DNA of 64,000 nucleotides from Candidatus Parcubacteria bacterium (GTDB lineage Bacteria; Patescibacteriota; Minisyncoccia; UBA6257; HR35): NCBI GenBank assembly GCA_025999335.1, contig AP024681.1, positions 322,565 to 386,564 of the forward strand, read 5' to 3'. Shown piece by piece: positions 59,257 to 64,000 of this stretch (position 1 is its first letter; each line of letters starts with the position of its first letter). The notes under the pieces were generated by a model. It saw only the letters and a program-made list of their open reading frames with translations, ran no database searches and was not told where the DNA came from. The position numbers and the translations under genes were made by a program.

Positions 59257-60342
59257 ATGAATTTTCTTAATAAAAAAAAATTCCATAAAATTTTACTCAC
59301 CAGCGTTTTAATATTTATGGTCTTATTTGTTGATTTGTTTAATGTTTTTTCTTTTGCAGGTTTGATTAATATATCTAGGGCAACTAGTCATGGAAGCAGT
59401 GGTAGCGGTGGTGTAGGAGTTGGTGGATCATTGCCAGACGTTATTCAAGTATTGCCTACGCCGCCTCTTTTAAATTGTCCTGCTTATCTTACAGACTCAA
59501 TGTGGGTTAATATTTTTGGAGAGAATAGATTTGGAGGTAGAGAAATTAATATATCGAATAGCGGTCAGTTTATGGTTTGTTTTCTTTTTATTGCAACTCA
59601 AGTTTTATCTTCTTTGGCTTGGATAGCCATTGTTTTTTCGGTTTTAGCTATAACTTATTATGGTATTTTGTATATTGTTAAACCGAGCACTTCTTCTAAT
59701 ACTACTAAAAACATTACTTGGGCTGTTTGGGGCTTAATTGTTTCTTTATCAGCATTTACTTTAGTACAGTTAATTCGTTGGAGCTTTTTTTCCTTTAATC
59801 CTAATTTAGACAATATAGCTAATTTATCTTTTTATTGGTTTATTAATAAGTTTCAATTTATAAATATTGCACAAGCTTATGTTGAAAGTGGTGTAGTTCA
59901 AAATAATAATTTATCCTTTGGTTATTTAGGAGAAAAATTAATCTCGGGTTTAGGTTTGCCTATGTTAGTGTCATTGTTAGCATTAACAAGTTTACCTGAA
60001 TTATTAGGGTTGCCTGACTGGATAGGCGAGCTTCATAATCTTCGTTTGAGTTTTTGTCCTGATTTGCCAAATGTTTTGTCTCCGGGTTCTATAGTTCCTC
60101 CTGATACTTGGACAGAATGCGCTTTTTCTTTTGTTTATATGCTTATATATTTATTATCTTGGTTGGCTTTGGTTTTATCAGTAATTTTTATAAGTTGGTT
60201 TGGCATTTTGTATATTATTCAACCATCAGAAGCTCAAAAAACGCATAGTCGCTTAAAATATGCTTTTATAGGTTTGATTGTCTCATTATCAGCTATTATG
60301 ATTATTAATTTAATATCAATGTTGTTTGTAGATTTATTCTAA
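59257..60342 (+). CDS. tandem double-module VirB2/TrbC-like pilin protein
   Basis: 361 aa. Two consecutive units, each Cys...Cys followed by two TM helices (NCPAYL...MVCFLFIATQVL... and SFCPDL...TECAFSFVYML...). Gly/Ser-rich after the signal peptide. Confidence 0.5.
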   Translation: MNFLNKKKFHKILLTSVLIFMVLFVDLFNVFSFAGLINISRATSHGSSGSGGVGVGGSLPDVIQVLPTPPLLNCPAYLTDSMWVNIFGENRFGGREINISNSGQFMVCFLFIATQVLSSLAWIAIVFSVLAITYYGILYIVKPSTSSNTTKNITWAVWGLIVSLSAFTLVQLIRWSFFSFNPNLDNIANLSFYWFINKFQFINIAQAYVESGVVQNNNLSFGYLGEKLISGLGLPMLVSLLALTSLPELLGLPDWIGELHNLRLSFCPDLPNVLSPGSIVPPDTWTECAFSFVYMLIYLLSWLALVLSVIFISWFGILYIIQPSEAQKTHSRLKYAFIGLIVSLSAIMIINLISMLFVDLF

Positions 60343-60360
60343 AGATTATTTTCTAATAAG

Positions 60361-60618
60361 ATGCCTCCTGGCCCAATTGATAACATAATTCATCCTACTT
60401 TAACTTTAGCGTTATCAAATACCATTAATTGGTTCTTTCAGTTTACTGTGTATATAGCTATTATTGTTTTAATTTATCTAGGTATTTTATATATTACTAA
60501 CAAAGAAGAAGGCATTAAAAAAACTCATAGTTGGTTGGGCTATTTAGCTATAGGTATTCTTATTGTTTTTTTATCGCGAATTTTAATCCAAGCAGTATAT
60601 TTGTTGTTAGTGGGATAA
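60361..60618 (+). CDS. short VirB2/TrbC-like pilin family protein 6
   Basis: 85 aa with two hydrophobic helices and KKTHSW, similar to KTHSRLKYAF in the preceding gene. Confidence 0.4.
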   Translation: MPPGPIDNIIHPTLTLALSNTINWFFQFTVYIAIIVLIYLGILYITNKEEGIKKTHSWLGYLAIGILIVFLSRILIQAVYLLLVG

Positions 60619-60648
60619 ATAGATTATAATAATATTAAAAATTTAAAA

Positions 60649-60732
60649 GCGCGGGTGGCGGAATTGGTAGACGCACAGCCTTGAGGTGGCTGCGAGATTA
60701 TTCTCGTGGAGGTTCGAGTCCTCTCCCGCGCA
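60649..60732 (+). tRNA. tRNA-Leu (anticodon GAG), type II
   Basis: Acceptor GCGCGGG/CCCGCGC, anticodon stem CAGCC/GGCTG with loop TTGAGGT, long variable arm, and T-loop TTCGAGT. Confidence 0.8.
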
Positions 60733-62110
60733 CTTTTTTAATTAGAGCCATCATCTTTTTTTCAATTAGTTTTAACTTGGATTTATTAATAGCTTCTAAA
60801 TATGCTTTGATATTAGGAGAAGTGTTTGATTGGCGTATTAAAAACCAACCATAAGGGAAGTAAATTTTGATTCCATCGATTATTTTAAATTTTTTAAATA
60901 ATTTTTTAGCAAAAGAAGTTATAGTTTTAACGAATTGATTTTTTTTATTGTCATCGTAATACCAGGTTATTTCTTTGTAGGGATATGTTTTTAAGTCATT
61001 GATGAGCATAGACAAAGGTTTTTTTTCTTTAATAAGTATTTCGCCAATTTTTAAAGGCACTAACAAAGCGTCGTCAAAGATAAAGTATTGAGGCATAACA
61101 ATATGACTTGATTGTTCAACTCCTAAAATAGCTTTGTATTTTTTGCATGCGGGAATAACAGAATTATGCCCAACAGGAACTTCTTTAATATTAATATTTT
61201 TTTGAATTTTTAAATTATTCTCTAAAGCCATTGAAACAGCAACCGTTTTAACAATAATTAATTTTTGTTGTGTTTGTTGATGTTCGTTTATTAAAAATTT
61301 AGCTAATAGACTGCCTATTTCATTGCCATTTAAATATCTACCTTGGTCATCGATAATAATAGCTCTATCGCCATCACCGTCAAAAGCAACGCCAAAATGC
61401 GCTTTTGTTTGTTGTACTATTTTTTTTAATTTTGTTGTTGCTTCCAAGGTTGGCTCGCTAGCTCTTCGTTTGCCAAAAATTTTATAATTACAATGAATTT
61501 TTTTAACCCAGAAGCCCAATTTTTTAAAAACTAAAGGGGCTATAATTGAAGTAGCTCCGTCAGCGCAATCAACAACTATCTTTAGGTTATTATTTTTTAA
61601 CAAAGGAAAATGTTTTTTAAAGAAATTTATATATTTTTGACTGAAGTTAACTTTAACAATACTTTGTTTTTGTTTAGGCGCTATTAATTGTTTATTCTTT
61701 AATTTTTTAATGGCTTGTTTAATGTTTTTAATGTCTTTTGACTTAAAAGGTTCGCCATCGCCATAATGTATTTTTAATCCATTCCAATGAGGTTCTAAGT
61801 GAGAAGCGGTAATAAAAATAATTTTATTGCTTTTTAATTGCCAACCCGTAAAAACACATAAGCCAATAGAGCTGATGTCTGTATAAAAAACTTTTGCTTT
61901 TTTAGCGCTCAAACCTTTTATTAAATATTTAGCTAACTGGCGACTGTGACGGCGATTATCGCTGCCAACCGTTATTCTTTCATTTTGTTTAGCAATAGCG
62001 TAGCCAAGTTGAAAAAAAGTATCTTCGTTAAAGTCTTTACCATACACTCCTCTAATATCATAACGGCGAAAAATGTTGTTATTAATTTGCACAGATTTTT
62101 GGTTATTCAT
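60698..62110 (-). CDS. phosphoglucomutase/phosphomannomutase family protein (GlmM/ManB-like)
   Basis: 470 aa. The Mg-binding loop GVAFDGDGDR and the active-site Ser region ITASHLEPHWNGLK. The 3' end of the ORF overlaps tRNA-Leu on the opposite strand by 35 nt. Confidence 0.7.
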   Translation of the reverse strand: MNNQKSVQINNNIFRRYDIRGVYGKDFNEDTFFQLGYAIAKQNERITVGSDNRRHSRQLAKYLIKGLSAKKAKVFYTDISSIGLCVFTGWQLKSNKIIFITASHLEPHWNGLKIHYGDGEPFKSKDIKNIKQAIKKLKNKQLIAPKQKQSIVKVNFSQKYINFFKKHFPLLKNNNLKIVVDCADGATSIIAPLVFKKLGFWVKKIHCNYKIFGKRRASEPTLEATTKLKKIVQQTKAHFGVAFDGDGDRAIIIDDQGRYLNGNEIGSLLAKFLINEHQQTQQKLIIVKTVAVSMALENNLKIQKNINIKEVPVGHNSVIPACKKYKAILGVEQSSHIVMPQYFIFDDALLVPLKIGEILIKEKKPLSMLINDLKTYPYKEITWYYDDNKKNQFVKTITSFAKKLFKKFKIIDGIKIYFPYGWFLIRQSNTSPNIKAYLEAINKSKLKLIEKKMMALIKKVRGRGLEPPRE

Positions 62111-62147
62111 ATAGAAATTATAAAAAATTTTTTGTAAAATATTTAAA

Positions 62148-63134
62148 ATGACAAGAAAAAATTTTTTTCCTCAGAAAGTGAAAGCTTTTAATGTCCAAAG
62201 AAAGAGAAATGTTTTGCAAATCATTGAAGCGATGAAACAAACAGCTTTTCAAGGAAGAAGATTAGCTCAAGTTGTTGATGTTTGGTCAAAGATGGTGTCT
62301 GATAAAAAGGTGACTATTTTTTTAGGCTACGCTGGTTCTTTAAGCACAGCTGGGCAATGGCGTGGTATATGTTGGTTGATTGAAAATGGATTTGTTGATG
62401 TTATCGTTGCTACTGGCGCTAATCTGTCTGAAGATATCGTTGAAGCTATGGGTAAGAGTTACTATCAAATTAATGGCAATTTTGATGATGAATGGTTGCT
62501 AAAAAATAACTGCAATAGGTATTACGATATTTACGGTAAAGAAAAAGATTATATGCAGATGACAGAATTAATTGCTGATTTTATTCTGACTTTGGAAAAT
62601 AATCATCCTTTTTTTTGTCCGGCAATAATCGATAGTCCTTATGGCGACGCTGGCTTAATTGCTAAAAGCAAAGGTTTTAATTTGATTATTGATTCTATGA
62701 AAGATTATATTGAATTTATGAGTTTAGCCAAGGAGATAAAAGAAACAGGAGTTATCTATTTAGGCGGCGGCGTACCTAAAGATTTTATTCAACTTTTAGC
62801 TGTCACCGCTAATTTACTTTATGACAACAGAGAAGTTCCTAATAAAAAAGTGAAAATTAAAAGAATAATTGACAAAGAGATTAAAGAAAGTTATTACCCT
62901 CATAAATACGCTATTCAAATTACAACTGACGCGCCTCAGTGGGGAGGCCTGTCTGGTTGTACTTTTGAAGAAGCGATAAGTTGGGGTAAAATTGATAGTA
63001 GAGGAAATTTTGTTCAATGTTATTGTGATGTTACCATTGCTTTGCCGATTATCTTGCATGCATTATCTTTAAAAGTAAATAAAAAAAGAAAACGTACTTT
63101 GTTTAATTTTTATGGGCCTGTAGCTCAGTGGTAG
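62148..63134 (+). CDS. deoxyhypusine synthase-like (homospermidine synthase-like) protein
   Basis: KVTIFLGYAGSLSTAGQWRGICWLIENGFVDVIVATGANLSEDIVEAMG aligns well to the DHS motif TIFLGYTSNLISSG...MVDVLVTTAGG.EEDLIK. The last ~20 nt overlap tRNA-Ala. Confidence 0.55.
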   Translation: MTRKNFFPQKVKAFNVQRKRNVLQIIEAMKQTAFQGRRLAQVVDVWSKMVSDKKVTIFLGYAGSLSTAGQWRGICWLIENGFVDVIVATGANLSEDIVEAMGKSYYQINGNFDDEWLLKNNCNRYYDIYGKEKDYMQMTELIADFILTLENNHPFFCPAIIDSPYGDAGLIAKSKGFNLIIDSMKDYIEFMSLAKEIKETGVIYLGGGVPKDFIQLLAVTANLLYDNREVPNKKVKIKRIIDKEIKESYYPHKYAIQITTDAPQWGGLSGCTFEEAISWGKIDSRGNFVQCYCDVTIALPIILHALSLKVNKKRKRTLFNFYGPVAQW

Positions 63135-63185
63135 AGCACTGCTATGGCATGGCAGGGGTCAGGGGTTCAAATCCCCTCAGGTCCA
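63114..63185 (+). tRNA. tRNA-Ala (anticodon GGC)
   Basis: Acceptor GGGCCTG/CAGGTCC with the G3:U70 Ala identity pair, anticodon loop ATGGCAT, and T-loop TTCAAAT. Confidence 0.8.
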
Positions 63186-63311
63186 CAGGTATTGCTTTAT
63201 TCATTTTATTTAGCGAGATAACTTTTTGTTTTTTAACTGATTCGTCAAAGTTATTTTTTTGATGGTCGTTTTAATTTAAGGTTTTAACAATCAATAAAAA
63301 TTAATATTATT

Positions 63312-63620
63312 ATGCAAATTAAAATAAGCTATTTATCAAGAAATATCAAGCCAACTCCGTTGTTTATTAATTTTGTCAACGAAAAAATAGCGAAATTGCA
63401 AAAAATTCTTGAAAAACATTTTGACGAAGCTGTTTTAGAATTAGAATTGTTTAAGCTCAAAGAATTAAAATCAGACAAAGGTACGATAAAAGTAAAAATA
63501 ATTTTAGATCTAAAAAGAAAAAAATTATTATCCGTCGAAGCTGAGTCTAGATCGTTGACCGTTGCCACTAATAAAGCCTTTAAAGAATTAACAAGACAAT
63601 TAGAAAAATATATTGTCTAA
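63312..63620 (+). CDS. hpf: ribosome hibernation promoting factor / RaiA (YfiA) family
   Basis: 102 aa. The arrangement MQIKIS....I.PT.L...V.EKIAKL...F resembles the HPF/sigma-54 modulation protein N-terminal domain. Confidence 0.65.
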   Translation: MQIKISYLSRNIKPTPLFINFVNEKIAKLQKILEKHFDEAVLELELFKLKELKSDKGTIKVKIILDLKRKKLLSVEAESRSLTVATNKAFKELTRQLEKYIV

Positions 63621-63658
63621 TCATTAGTTAAAATTCTTATTATTCGATTAATATTTAA

Positions 63659-64000
63659 TTAATAATCAGCTTGAATATAAAACCTTCCTCCGCTATTATG
63701 GATAACTCCTTTTATTTCTAAGTGAGTTAAAAGCGAAAGAATTTCATCAATACTTAAATTTATATTTTGATTTAAATCGTTGAAAGTATTTTTACCTTGT
63801 TTAATCGCTTCGATAATGATTTTTTCTTTTTCGCTAAGTTTTAAATTTTTTATTTTTAATGGCATTATAAAATCAAATTCTTTAAGAATATCATTAATGT
63901 CGATAACTAATTTCGCTCCTTTTTGAATTAGTCGCAAACAGCCTTCATAATTTTTATTATAAATACTATCTGGTATAGCAAATATTTCTTTACCGTATTC
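63659..64000 (-). CDS. dprA: DNA processing protein DprA (Smf), C-terminal part; gene continues beyond window end
   Basis: Reading frame open to position 64000. ...IPDSIYNKNYEGCLRLIQKGAKLVIDINDILKEF resembles the DprA Rossmann C-terminal region (PGSIxSxxSxGCNxLIxxGAxLV), followed by a winged-helix tail. The track start is a TTG inside the gene. Confidence 0.55.
   Translation of the reverse strand, partial: EYGKEIFAIPDSIYNKNYEGCLRLIQKGAKLVIDINDILKEFDFIMPLKIKNLKLSEKEKIIIEAIKQGKNTFNDLNQNINLSIDEILSLLTHLEIKGVIHNSGGRFYIQADY

Noticed and set aside
1-64000. Search for CRISPR arrays, rRNA operons, tmRNA, transposases or integrases
   Set aside because: I saw no spaced direct-repeat arrays, rRNA-like conserved stretches, or recognisable transposase/integrase ORFs. 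The only notable perfect repeat is the 67-nt pair at the substrate genes.

Overview
This is a low-GC, gene-dense bacterial chromosome segment covering the replication-origin region: dnaA, an AT-rich spacer with a perfect TTATCCACA DnaA box, then dnaN. Gene content suggests a Patescibacteria/CPR-type organism: short aminoacyl-tRNA synthetases, reduced metabolism, tandem VirB2/TrbC-like pilin genes, and a giant cell-surface protein. This is an inference, not a measurement. The housekeeping core includes pgk, rnhA, dnaA, dnaN, class A PBP, a GspE/PilB ATPase, YebC, tsaE, polA, valS, leuS, ftsH, a GyrA-like subunit, HPF and DprA. I also find 8 tRNAs and an RNase P RNA, all supported directly by the sequence. 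Three accessory regions stand out. (1) A streptolysin-S-like azol(in)e cluster on the minus strand at 37251-41747: SagB-type dehydrogenase, YcaO with a Pro-rich C-terminus, and an E1-like protein with two CxxC motifs. Its two paralogous substrate genes each carry a poly-Cys core (TCGACCCCCCSC) fused in frame to a polytopic membrane domain, and they share a 67-nt perfectly repeated 5' end. To my knowledge this architecture is undescribed. (2) A 2410-aa secreted protein at 29647-36879 with a lamin-tail domain, carboxypeptidase-regulatory-like repeats, FN3, a Gly/Thr-rich stalk and two peptidoglycan-binding domains, preceded by two tandem paralogous proteins of unknown function. (3) An array of six VirB2/TrbC-like pilin genes at 57312-60618. 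Other notable items are a bacterial SET-domain protein, a tRNA with a UAU anticodon, a 65-aa ~60% Asp/Glu protein, and a membrane-anchored Clp-like ATPase with a degenerate first AAA module. No rRNA, CRISPR array or clear transposase was seen.
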